From NCBI RefSeq assembly GCF_004010195.1, contig NC_057719.1, positions 10,761,341 through 10,795,985 on the forward strand: a stretch of DNA of 34,645 nt, in the 5' to 3' direction. The stretch is from Chiloscyllium plagiosum (lineage: Eukaryota). Each line of letters begins with the position of its first letter. Positions within the stretch are counted from its first letter, which is position 1. The translations under genes were made by a program, and so were the position numbers. The notes beneath the pieces are model-generated. The model did no database searches. It was not told the DNA's origin and was given only the letters and a program-made list of their open reading frames with translations. This document shows positions 11,564-22,973 of the stretch, piece by piece.

Positions 11564-12327
11564 AAGGAGAGGGTGGATCCTGTTGAGCGGTTCCCTGGGC
11601 AGACTGTCAAAGTCATTTGGCAGAATGTCTCATCGCCAGACATGGCTTGGCTGGTGGTGAAAAGGGCTCTGCCTGTGAGATCCTTTATGCACGCCCGGAC
11701 TCTCAGCCACACCACATGCTGCCCTCGAAGCGGCTGTGGGGGGGGACAAGATGGTCACACACCTCCTTCTGGAATGTGCCTGTGCAGAAGAAGTCTGGAG
11801 AGGAACGCAGTGGTGTTTGTCGAGGTTCGTCCCGAATAGCTCCGTGACACGGGACTCCGTGCTCTATGGTCTGTTCCCTGGGACGCACACTGAGACGAAC
11901 ATCAACTGTGCCTGGAGGATCATCAACTCAGTCAAAGACGCTCTTTGGTCTGTCCGAGACCTGTTGATCTTCCAGCTGAAGGAGTTGACCCCGACTGAGT
12001 GTTGCAGACTGGCACTTTCCAAGGTCCAGGACTACATGTTGAGGGTTGCACTGAAGGTTGGGGCAGCTGCCGCCAACGCACGGTGGGGAAAGACCACCGA
12101 GTAAGGTCTGCCCACCAAAGAAGAACAGGGGGCCCACTCAGCCATTGGGCTCCACTGACGCCTCAGCTAAATACCTGGGTGGTCACCATACAGACTTGTA
12201 TATATGAATGATTAATTCCGGTCTCTGTATGTAAAGAAATGGAATGTATACATATCTATGGCATCACCAATTGTATAGATATCAAAATAATTATATGAAT
12301 AAAGTATATTTTTGAAATTAAAAAAAA
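11564..12327 (+). mobile_element. Tx1/L1-clade LINE 3' end (zf-RVT region, 3'UTR, polyA)
   Basis: MAWLVVKRALPV...CPRSGC/VTHLLLECACAEEVW zinc knuckle with a frameshift in the G run; stop at 12104; AATAAA at ~12298 plus A tract; TSD ttatggcaat(a/g)ggaa (11549-11563 / 12328-12342). Confidence 0.88.
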
Positions 12328-12853
12328 TTATGGCAATGGGAATAATGTGGAACTTATTACCATTGAGGCTTTTTACTCTTTTTCATAATTCCTTAAACTC
12401 AACCCTCAGGACCTCACCTCTTTCTTTACCTATTCTGATGATATCAAGATGCATCACAATCTCTGGCACCAAGGTGCATCAAGATACAGGCAACTTTCCA
12501 TTGGACAGCCATTGAACCTGATACCAAGGAGACAATATACATTTATGGATTCATGTCTGTGGCCAAAAAAATGTGCATTGGCAGAATTCCTGATCACAAT
12601 TACTCTTGCAGTCTTCTTTGTACTTCAGTTTAGCACAGCTGGACTTACACTGGCTGCAACTCCCAGTCGCTTGCATCAGAATTCCTAACGGAATGTTGGC
12701 TAGGGAATGGGATACGTTCATGTAACTCCTGCAGTATCGATAGTAAATGCTGGCCCAGCCAGCGATGCCCAGGTTCCACCTGTGAGTTTAAAAAGACTTG
12801 ATTAGTTCTGGTTTAAATATTATAACTTCTCATATTTAGATGTGGTTAAATAT

Positions 12854-13870
12854 CAGTGGTAAGCATAATGCACTCTCCCTTGAGTCAATAGATTATGGTT
12901 ACAAACTCAATGAGTGATGATACCATTGTTTTCAGGGTTGTAGTTTGTCATTTTTTTAATGAAGAAAGGTTGAGACAGAGGTACAGAGCAGTCTGTTCCA
13001 AAGCCAATAAAGTGAGGTCTTGGAATTTTTATTTTAATGTTGGAACAATAGAAGCAGCCTGAATGGGTGGGGTCAAGCTCCCACAGAAACAGGAAATTTT
13101 AGCTTTAGTTCTCTGCAGTTGCTGGGATCTTGATGCTGGATGTGGAAGCTATTATTACTCTCTCTGTTACAGCTGAAATCTGGGATTCTCATCCTGCTGC
13201 TAGAACTGCATGTGAGACTATCTATTTTACTGAATTTGCCTTTGCCCAGGGTATGTTTAAAGGATGTTACTATATTGGAACAGTTAATTAGTGGTAGTTA
13301 ATATACATATTATTTTGTTTAGCATTTTGATAGAGTTTCACTTAAGCCAATTCATTTATTTTCTCTTTATTTTGTCTGTATTTTAACTGTGTGTACAAAT
13401 AGTGTGAGTCATGTCTAAAGTCAAGTAGTTTGACCAGTTGAATTGCATTGGAATACAATGAATTACATTTAATTTAAAATAAGAACAAATTATAGTCAAG
13501 ACTATCTTCTTAATATATTTTGAGGGTGTTTGGTCTGGTTCATAACCTTGAGTGTAAGATCAAGGTTGATGCAACAATACATTATGGAGGGAGTGCTGCA
13601 TTGTTAGATGTGCTGAATATCAGATTCGGCATTAAACTGAGGCTCTGTCCCCACTTGTCATTGGTAGATGTAAACATTCCATGGCACTCTTTTGAAGAAT
13701 AACAGAGGAGTTCTTCCTCATGTGCTTGTTAATGGAGAATCTGTCCATAATCACAGTGCGGTTTGTAGGACCTTGTAGTTCATAACATAGCCTCTGCATT
13801 CTCTATCTTACAATGTTATGGGTTGTACAACATTCTTTAGAAAATGTTATACAAAAGCAAGTTTTCTCCT
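12854..13870 (+). mobile_element. Deu-domain SINE (SacSINE1/AmnSINE1-like) split by a solo LTR
   Basis: Head at 12854-12910; body 13547-13870 with gagggagtgctgcattgt...ccatggcactcttttgaagaa (Deu-domain hallmark) and the tail gttatacaaaagcaagttt. Confidence 0.75.
12913..13546 (+). mobile_element. Putative Gypsy-type solo LTR
   Basis: Ends (a)GTGATGA ... TCATAAC are imperfect inverted termini; cleanly interrupts a SINE; termini resemble those of the LTR at 20671-24749. Confidence 0.55.
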
Positions 13871-14164
13871 CTCTTTCTGACAAATGTATGATGTGTGCAT
13901 TTTCTGCAGTTAAAACCTGTTGTTGGTGGGAGCAGGATGAGGGAAGAGGCTATCAATTTGACAATTTTTTAAGGAGATCTGCATTGTAACACATGGGCTC
14001 ATAACATGGACTATGTGCACGGTGCTTCATGTGTAAGGAGATACAGACCATTTCTACACTCCATTTCCACTTCTGTGATGCAAAACAAAGATAGTGTGGT
14101 TCCTCTATCATCAGCACAGCTTGCCTTCTTCTTAAATATCAGCTTCTTGGCTGTAATTGCTAAA

Positions 14165-14830
14165 AACACACACACACACACACACGTACACACACATCCT
14201 AACCTATAGTCACCCACAAATGCATGTGTGCACACACACAGACGCACACAGGCAGACACACACACACACAAACACACTGATAAACGCACAGGCACTCACG
14301 CATACACGCACCCAGGCACACACATACTCATACACACACACCCACACCACCACGTATGCTCACATACACACACATAGATGCACTCACATATACATCCACT
14401 CACAAATAGACACACTCACATATGTAAACACACACATACAGCAACACAGCTGTGCTCATACATGTACATACACGCTCACAGGCACACTGACATATGCTAC
14501 ATATATGCTCACACAAAGTCACACACATGCTCATACACAAATTCACACACTCACACACATATATATGCTCTCCCTCACACATAAACAATCACATACACAA
14601 ACCCCCTCACACACTCACTCTAAACACATCCATGTGCACACATGCACACACCCACACAGTCATATGCGCACACATATGTGGTCTCACATACACACACAAA
14701 CTCACATGTATACACTAACTCTACTCACAAGCACATACGCTCACACACACCACACACACACATGCATATATGCTAACATGTTCATTCAAGATATGTTCAC
14801 ATTCACTCACATTTATATTGCACACACATT
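14165..14830. repeat. Long degenerate (CA)n low-complexity tract
   Basis: Directly visible; explains the His/Thr and Cys/Val ORFs. Confidence 0.95.
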
Positions 14831-15209
14831 AAAACTTGACATTTATCTTGTTGTAGATGATATGTATTGACTGCATATCAGTAATCAACTGAAAATTAGT
14901 CCTTGACCAAAATATCACCTCTCACTTTATGCTAACCAACAATATTCCATCAAACAGCCAATGTTAACCTCAAAACTCAATGGAACTCATCTCAAAAAAT
15001 CCATTATAAGGAAAGGAACATGGAAGGCATTTCAAACTCGGCAGAAGGCATAAACAAAGGGCATGCATGGTGAGTGGTGTTGGTGATCGGGGTGGGTGAG
15101 AGCAAGTGAGGGAAAATGATGAAGGCAATAGAGAGAAGGGAGTAGAGCAGGAACCTTGGTGGGAGGAGGCCACTGTCACAGAGTTAGATAGAGAAGATGT
15201 TGGCACAAC

Positions 15210-15445
15210 ATTGGCAGAGTGAAGAAGGCCATTGATGCTGTTCCTACATGGTGGGACATTCTGCCAAACAGCTGAGACAGCACTAGACTGGGTGGCAACC
15301 TTGGGCCAGGCTGGCCCGGTCTGGTGTTGTAGCCTCCACTGCTAATCCTGAAAGAGGAAGCCAGTCATCAGCACCATACCTCCCAGGAGGACCTGTGAGT
15401 TCCCTGCCCCTGGAGTTAGGGGGCATTGCTTTCCCCCTGTCTGCA
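15210..15445 (-). pseudogene. Myb/SANT-like (trihelix, NAIF1-type) ORF remnant, likely from a PIF/Harbinger transposon
   Basis: Manual translation: ADRGKAMPPNSRGREL/QVLLGGMVLMTGFLFQD*QWRLQHQTGPAWPKVATQSSAVSAVWQNVPPCRNSINGLLHSA, with one frameshift and one stop. Fits the pattern EL.VLL...LF...AW..VA...SAVS......CR...N.L. Confidence 0.6.
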
Positions 15446-15689
15446 GTGTCTGGGGTCAGGGTCAGGCTAGCTCCGGACTGACAGTGACTGTCTGGGTGCA
15501 GAATGGCCTTTCAAAAGTGGTAAGAGATGCTGTGAATTCTGGGATATCTACTCAGTAATAAGTAGTTCTAGGAATGGCAGGGTAAGGTGGGACTGAAATC
15601 AGCTGTGACAGACATTTTTGTGACTTGGCAGGTAGTTAATGAGGTAGATTTAGGTAAAATGCAGTGAGAGACCTCACTACACCTCACAC

Positions 15690-15935
15690 AGAACATAGAA
15701 CAGAACAGCTCAGGAACAGGCTGTTCATCCCACTATGACAGTGCTGACCATGATGCCTCTCTAACTAATGCCATTTGCCTGTACATGGTCCATAGTCCTC
15801 TATTTCCTGCATGTTTTCATGTGTCTGCTGAGATACTTCTTAAACATTGCCAAATATCTGCTTCTACCACCTCCCCCAGCTCCACCCTCTGCAGTAAAAA
15901 CTTCCCTCACACATTTCCTTTAACTTTTAATCTTT
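15690..15935 (-). mobile_element. CR1 3' end
   Basis: agaacatagaacagaacagctcaggaacaggc tail; reverse complement of 23200-23450. Confidence 0.75.
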
Positions 15936-15989
15936 AAATTGTCATGACTGAACTCTCCCTGAAAACGTCAGATGATGTATCACCAAACT

Positions 15990-16388
15990 TAGAGCATTAA
16001 CACTGCATTTCTCCCCACAGATGCTGCCAGACCTGTGGAGTTTCTCCAGTAATTTCCATTCCTATTTCAGATTTCCAGCATCCGCAATTCTTTATTTTAC
16101 TTTAGTCAGACTGTGGTCGCTGTTCTTGAAGCAGAGCAGACTGGGTGGGGTGGGGTGAGGGCAGGGTGGGGAGCATGATTGAGATGATTAAAATCATGAG
16201 GGGCAGAGATAGGGTAGTCAGGAAGGATTCACTAAATAAAAAATGAAAGAACTGCCAGTGATGGAAATCAGAAACAAACACAAAAATTGCTGGAAAAGTT
16301 CTACAGGTCAGGCAGCATCTGTGGAGAGAAATCAGAGTTAACTCTTCAGGCCAGAAATGTTAACACAGACCTGCTAAGCTTTTCCAGG
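15990..16388. mobile_element. Two family C PLE-type termini (15990-16100 +; 16240-16388 fold-back remnant) around a short CR1 piece
   Basis: tctccccacagatgctgccagacctg and its reverse complement; gttaac...gttaac at the apex of the second. Confidence 0.65.
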
Positions 16389-16394
16389 AAAAAT

Positions 16395-16570
16395 TCACTG
16401 TTGTCCACGAAAGAAGAAAATCTGCCATCTTCATTACCTGGTCTGTGACTCTTCATTCACAGTGATATGATTGACTCTGAATTGCACTTTGAAATGGTGT
16501 AGCAAGCCACTCACTTTCAAAAGGCAACTTAGAGACAAATAATTGTCAGCAACTTCCACATCCCACAAAA
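16395..16570 (+). mobile_element. tRNA-SINE 3' half (LINE-X tail family)
   Basis: gaaaatctgccatc...gactctgaattgcactttgaaatgg...agcaagccactca...ccacatccca; matches 20050-20210. Confidence 0.65.
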
Positions 16571-17021
16571 AAATAAAGAAAGAAAGAATGATCTGTGAAT
16601 AGATATTGGGATAACCATCTCCAGGGAAGGTGCATTAGTCATTGAAAACACTTAGAAAATGTCTTTATTTTTAAGCAATGCAAACATGTCTTGACTGGAA
16701 CCTTCCATGTTTAAATACAATGAACAACACTTGGTTTGTCAAAATGTCCAGCTTCAACTACGCAGCAGCAGAGTGCAGTGTTTGATACACTGGTTCACTG
16801 GAAACACAGCCCAAGGAGAATAGAGACTGATGTTTCATGAAATGAATTAAAAAGCCCATAACCTGGATTGCTGATGTTGATGGTTGCCAATGAAAGCTGC
16901 AATGTGAAGCACCGTGCTGGGAGTCAGTATGGAGCACTGATGAGTATATCATTTCACCTCTGAGGTACTTGTCCCTGATGAAACTGTTTCTGACCAGTGT
17001 TTTGCTTTCCTCATCACCCGT

Positions 17022-17410
17022 ATCATAGAAACTTAGGATATAGATACAGGAGTAGGCCATTTGGCCCTTCAAACATCGAAATCAGTATCCTCTTCCTGAT
17101 TTCTCCCCATACCTTTTGACCTCTTTAGCTCTAAGAACTACATCTAATTCCTTCTTGAAAACATCCAATACTTTGGCTTTGTGAATTCCACACTCTCTGT
17201 GTGAAGACATTTCTCCTCATCTCGTTCCTAAATGGCCTACCCCATGTCCTTAGGATATAATCCATGGTTCTGGATTCCCCGATCATTGGAAACATACTCT
17301 TGTTGATCCCAAATGTGGGGCACCTGTTAGGATTTTATAAGTTTCTACGAGATCACCCCTGATTCTTCTAAATTCCAGTGAATATAGTCCATACCAATCC
17401 AGACACTCTT
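17022..17410 (-). mobile_element. CR1 3' end
   Basis: LDWYGLYSLEFRRIRGDLVETYKILTG in ORF 17283-17477; tail caggagtaggccatttggccc. Confidence 0.85.
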
Positions 17411-18742
17411 TCTCCTCAATTTTCAGCCTTTTGTCACTGGAGATCTTTGGAAAGGCTACTTCAGTTTTGCCTGTCACAATGGGGCCTCATCTATCGACTT
17501 ACTGAGTAGCTCCCTTCCTCCTGCTTCTAAGACTTGCTTCACCTCGGGGGTAACACATTTCTGACCCCTGCAGTGGTACAGCAGCCAACAAATCGAAGAG
17601 TGACAGACCTGAGCTCGATCCTTATGGCTGGCTCAATCAATGGTGACGCAATTCTCTCTGAAAAGTCCAGGAACATTCAGACAGGCTGATCTCCACTGGA
17701 GACCAACCCCTTACATTCCTTCCAACATAATCCTTGCATCTGATCCCAAATGTGGGGCAGTCAAGTTTTTCTCTGACTTGAGAAACTCAGACAAGTTTCT
17801 GATGGAAATGTCGTGACCTTGTGTGGCACCCCTCTTGTAACTGAGTTCAGAACTGGGAGCTATACACTTGGCTTCACTTTGAAGTGAAGTCAGACTCATT
17901 TGCTGAATACACAATTTCTTCTGAGTTGTCTGGTTATGAAACACTTAAATCGATAAGCTGTGAACTGCAGCCTCCTAGCTTTCTGACGGTCTCATTGTTT
18001 TTGACATCTGACAGTAATTGAAATCACTACCCTTCATCCGATTGCCGTGAGCAGCAGTTAACATAGAAAATGCCTAATGTCTTCCAAAACAAAACAATAA
18101 TTTGATTAGCTTCAGTTGAAACATCGCTTTCCCAAGTCTCAATCTTACAGATATACTGGGCTTCTTAGATGCCTTAGATTTTCAAGACACCTGTCGATCA
18201 CAAATCAAACACAAAAGTACAAAAAGCTTCTTTACTGGACACTGGGGAGAATATTTGCTTTTGTCACATGTCTCTTTCAACAACCAAGGAACTGACTGAC
18301 TCATTTCTTTCACTTGTTTGCCAGAACCATTAGCTCCCTTGCTCAGACTGACCGGCCTGAATAATTCTGTCAAGTCTTTTAACAAGATGTAATGCAATGT
18401 TCCCAGCTATCACCCTTGCTATGATCAGCAACTCCATAGCACACCAATCGCTCAGTCTAGACAGTTTTATTGCATCTGGACATGACTAACTGACAGTGCA
18501 TAATACATTTGAGCAAGCTGGAATTAGCATCAATAAACATAAGGTTTGCAATCACTGCACAGAATGCTGTCTCATTCCTGTATAACCACATCCCATCAAC
18601 GGCAACACTTCTCCTTCAATTAGCCTCCTCTATCCTTTATGGATGCAGTAACTATACCTCTCATTGCTTTCTACTTTCAAGTGAGCAAAAGGTAGAGTCA
18701 TAGAGTCAGACAACATGGAAACAGACCCTTTGGTCCAATCAG

Positions 18743-18855
18743 GATTTAGGTCAGAGTGGTGCTGGAAAAGCACAGCAGGTCAGGCAGCATCCGAGGAGCA
18801 GGCAAATCGACGTTTCAGGCAAAAACCCTTCATCAGGAATCTTTTGCCACTTTTG
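18743..18855 (-). mobile_element. PLE family A mini-element
   Basis: 16-bp TSD cctttggt(c/t)caatcag (18727-18742 / 18856-18871); minus-strand core CTGATGA-A-GGGT-tttt-GCCT-GAAA-CG-TC. Confidence 0.88.
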
Positions 18856-18885
18856 CCTTTGGTTCAATCAGCCTATGCCAACCAT

Positions 18886-19207
18886 GGGGTGGCATGGTGG
18901 TTCAGTGGTTAGCACTGCTGCCTCACAGCGCCAGGGACCCGGGTTCAATTCCAGCCTCAGGTGACTGTCTGTGTGGAGTTTGTACATTTTCCCTGTGTCT
19001 GCGTGGGTTTCCTCCGGGTGCTCCGGTTTCCTCCCACAGTCCAAAGATGTACAAGGTTAGGTGAATTGGTCATGCTAAGTTGACCCATAGAGTTAGGTGC
19101 ATTAGTCAGGGGGAATGGGTCTGGGTGGGTTACTCTTCGGAGGGTCGGTGTGGACTAGTTGGACCAAAAAGCCTGTTTTCACACTGTAGGGAATCTAATC
19201 TAATCTA
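18886..19207 (+). mobile_element. HE1-type V-SINE
   Basis: A box TGGTTCAGTGG, B box GGTTCAATTCC, V-domain and (aatct)n tail. Confidence 0.92.
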
Positions 19208-19246
19208 TAATCCCAAACTGAACTCGTCCCACCTGCCTGCTCCTGG

Positions 19247-19428
19247 TCTATGAGACAGTAAGGACTGCAGATGATAGAAGTTCGAGTCAATAGATATGAA
19301 GCTGGAAGAGTACAGCAGATCAGACAGCACCCGGGGAGCAGGAAAGTCAAGGTTTCAGGCTGAAATCCTTTGTCAGGTTTTGGCCTGAAACGTTGATGCT
19401 CCTGCTCTTCGGATGCTCTGACCTTCTT
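19247..19428. mobile_element. Older family A-like fold-back mini-element
   Basis: TSD tgctcctgg (19238-19246 / 19429-19437); minus arm followed by plus arm cctgaaacgttgatgctcctgctc. Confidence 0.75.
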
Positions 19429-19884
19429 TGCTCCTGGCCCAAATCCCTCCAAACCTTTCCTATTCATGTACTTATCTATTCATGTACTTATTCATGTACT
19501 TAAACTGTTGTAACTATGCCTGCATCCGTGACTTCCTCTGGAAGTTCATTCCCTACGTGAACCACCCTCTGTGCAAAAAATATTGCCCCTCATGTCTTTT
19601 TTAAATCTCTCTCCTCTCGCCTTAAAAATATGCCTCCAGTCTTCAAATCACTCATCCTAGAGAAAATATACCTGCCATTGACCCTATCTATACCCCTCAT
19701 GATTTTGTAAAACTCAATAACCTCCTAACCTCCATTAAAAAATGTCCCAGCGTTTCCAGCCTCTCCTTATAACTCCAATGTTCCATACCATACAACATCC
19801 TGGTAAATCTTTTCTGAACCCTCTCTCGCTTAATAATATCCTTCCTATAATAGGCTGACCAGAACTGGATGCAGTATTCCAGAG

Positions 19885-20215
19885 GAGGTCATATTATCAC
19901 GAGACCTAGTAATCCAAATACCCAAGGCTAGTGTTCTGGAGGCATGGGTTCAAATCACACTGTGGCAGATAGTGAAATTTGAATTCAATAAAAGTCTGGA
20001 ATAAAAGGTTAGCCTCATGTTGATGGTCATAAAACCCCATCTGCTTCAACAATGTCCATTAGGAAAGGAAATCTGCTGTCTTTATCAGGTCTGGCCCACA
20101 TGCGCCTCCAGACTCACAGCAATGTGGTGGATCTTTAACTGCCTTCAGGGCAATTAGGGATTAGCAAGAAATGCTGGACCATCCAGCGATGCCCACATCC
20201 CAGGAATGAAATTTT
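19885..20215 (+). mobile_element. tRNA-derived SINE with LINE-X tail
   Basis: B box GGGTTCAAATC at ~19947; tail gggcaattaggga...ccagcgatgcccacatccca. Confidence 0.75.
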
Positions 20216-20841
20216 TCAAAAAGGCACATAAGGAGTGTGAGCCTAGTGGCTCACAATCTTTAGCCTGAGTCAGACTCCTTGCCTAACAGCACTGTGATTG
20301 GACAAAGACTGCAGCAGTTCAAAAAGACAGCTCAGCACCACCCTCTGCAGGGCAACTAGGGATGGGCGTTACATGCTGACCTAGCCAGTGACTCCATATT
20401 CCATGAATATATAAAAAAGAAACATTTGTGTGTTCCAGTCCCATTCCAGAGATGAGATAGGGCAACATCTAGGCTGATACCACAATATAGTGCTGAGGGA
20501 GTGTTGTACTGTTGGTGGCACTGTTTTCAGATTAGTTATTAAACTGAAAATCTGTCTGTGCTTGTTAACAAACACCAAGACAATCCTGGCAATATTGATC
20601 CTTCAACAAACATCAGTAAACCTGGTCACCATCACATTAGCTGTTCCTTAGGACGTTCCTCTGTACAAACTGTTACGATCCCAGTTGACCCCACTATTGG
20701 ACAAGTCAGATTCAACAAATGAAATCTGGCTTAATAGATCATGTTTTATTTACTGTTGTGATCTGTCACGATTTTATGAAACATAAGCACTCCAGGCTAC
20801 AGAGATGGTTTTAACAAAACAGGAGTGAATTACCTAAAAAA

Positions 20842-22925
20842 AAGTTAAAAATCACACAACACTGGGTTATAGTCCAACAGGTTAATTTGGAAGCACCAGC
20901 TTTCGGAGCGCTATTCCTTCATCAGGTGGTTGTAGAATAGAATCATATGATACAGAATTTAAAGCAACAGGATTGCGGTGTCATGGAATAAGATGTTAAA
21001 CAAATTTAGTTGGAGTCTTTCATCTTTCAAAGTGACCATGTTAGTTTTTATTTCTTTATATATAAATCCCAGAACTTTTTTAAAGTTACATTCTCAAAAT
21101 AACGAACAATAGCCAACATCTCAGCTCAGATAATACATTGAAGGTGTGAAGTTAAAGCCTGTCTGTGTCCCAATGTTAGGTCAGACTGATTCTATTTCTA
21201 AAGTAGGATTTACAGAATTTTACATGGATTTATGCAGTTTTTGAGCAAAATAAAATGTAAATCAGCAAATACAAATTTACCCCACAAACTTATATGTCTG
21301 TGTGTTCAGGGAGACCGAGTAAATGTGTGCATGTGGGTGTGTGTGGGGGTGTATGAGTGTCTGTGAACGAGTGTGTGTATGTGTGTGAGTGCAATGGGGT
21401 ATAAGTCTGTGAGAGGGTGCGTGTGTGGGCATGAGTGTGGGGGGTGTATATGTGTGAACATATGAGAGAGAGATTGTGTATGAGAGATGGTGTATGGATC
21501 TGTAGGGATGTGTGTGTGTACGTGCACTTGTGTGCATGTGTATGAGAGAGTGGATATTGCAATGGGGTCATCTGGAGTCTGACATGAACACAAGGTAATC
21601 CGAAGTTCCAAGGCTGAATGTCACGGAGCGCTGAAATGCTCCCTGTCTGGGAGGGAACACTCCTGCCAGGTTGATTGTTATGTGGCGTCCATTCATCCAT
21701 TGCTGTAGCCTAAGCTTGGTCTCACCAATGTACCATGCCTCTGGGCATCCCTGCCTGCAGCATACGAGACAGATAACATTGGTCAAGTCACGAGTACCTG
21801 CTATGTACAAATTGGGTGGTGTCTCCATAGGTAATGGTGCTATCCATGTTGACACTCTGAAATATCTTGCGGTTGCTGCCATAGCAGGGTTGTACAGTGT
21901 TGTGGTCAATGTTGTCCTGAAGGCTGGACAGTTGACTGCAAATAATCTTCTGTTTAAGGTTTGACAATTGTTTAAAGGTAAAACGTGGAGGCGTAGGGAA
22001 GATCTTGGTGAGGTACTCATCCTCATTGGTAAGGTGTTGCAGGCTGCGAAGAACATGGCGTAGTTTTTTGGCTCCTGGGAATTATTGGACAAACCACGCA
22101 ATATTCTTCACAGCCTGCAACATATTATTGATGAGGATGAGCACCTCACCAAGACCCTCCCTATGCTTCAATTTCTTGACTTTAAACAAGCACCAAACCT
22201 CAAACAGATCATTGTTCGCAGCAAACTGTCCAGCCTTCAGGATAACATCGATGACAACACCATACAATGCTGAAATGGCAACCACTGCAAGATATGTCAG
22301 AGTGTTGACACAGATACCACCATTACCTGTAGGGAGACCACCCCACCGTGTACGTGACAGATACTCATGTGACTTGGCCAACTTTGTCTACGGTGTCCCC
22401 ACTTGAATGTACACTCTCTCATACACACACACACACAAGTTTGTGGAGTAAATTTGTACTTGCTGATTTACATTTTATTTTGCTCAAAACTGCATAAATC
22501 CATTTTTAAAATCTATAAATCCTACTTTAGAAATAGAATCAGTCTGACCTAACAGTGGGACACAGACAGACTTTAACTTCACACCTTCAATATATTATCT
22601 GAGCTGAGATGGTGCCTATTGCTAAAAGCTATCTTGAGAATGTAACTTTATAAAGTTCTGGGATTTATATATGAAGGAACCAAAACTAACATGGTCATTT
22701 TGGAAGATGAAAGACTCAAGCTAAATTTCTTTAATATTACATCCCATGACACTGCAATCCTGTTGCTATAAATTCTGTGTCATATGATTCTGCTCCACAA
22801 CCACCTGATGAAGGAGCAGCGCTCTGAAGGCTAGTGCTTCCAAATAAACCTGTTGGACTAAAACCTGGTGTTGTGTGATTTTAACTTTGTCCACTTCAGT
22901 CCAACACTGGCATCTCCAAATCATG
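20842..22925. mobile_element. PLE family B fold-back (inverted) element with GIY-YIG remnant
   Basis: TSD acctaaaaaa (20832-20841 / 22926-22935); NVICLVCCRQGCPEAWYIGETKLRLQQWMNGR on the minus arm; arms invert at ~22065-22091; hammerhead motifs at ~20895-20928 (-) and 22802-22836 (+). Confidence 0.9.
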
Positions 22926-22973
22926 ACCTAAAAAATAAACTAAAATAAAAGAAACCAAGCTACATATACAGAT

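Larger units (their letters stand above)
9740..12450 (-). mobile_element. Old, internally deleted CR1 retaining ORF1 SGNH-esterase, APE and RT remnants
   Basis: Minus strand: IGKERGEVLRVEFKEL (~12390-12435); RIKQMKMWLETWCKKKG/FRFLVHWDL (~11465-11540); KCKNSRTIIGGGFNYP (~10785-10835, APE GDFN-like); CR1 3' end at 9740-10185. Confidence 0.7.
18693..19888 (-). mobile_element. CR1/HER1-like 3' end with three nested insertions in its 3'UTR
   Basis: Colinear with 2711-3240 once 18743-18855, 18886-19207 and 19247-19428 are removed. Confidence 0.85.

Noticed and set aside
14157..14870. 237-aa His/Thr-rich ORF (longest in the track)
   Set aside because: Translation of a degenerate (CA)n tract that lacks stops by composition; no coding evidence.
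19460..19502. Three copies of attcatgtactt
   Set aside because: Simple slippage within a CR1 copy.
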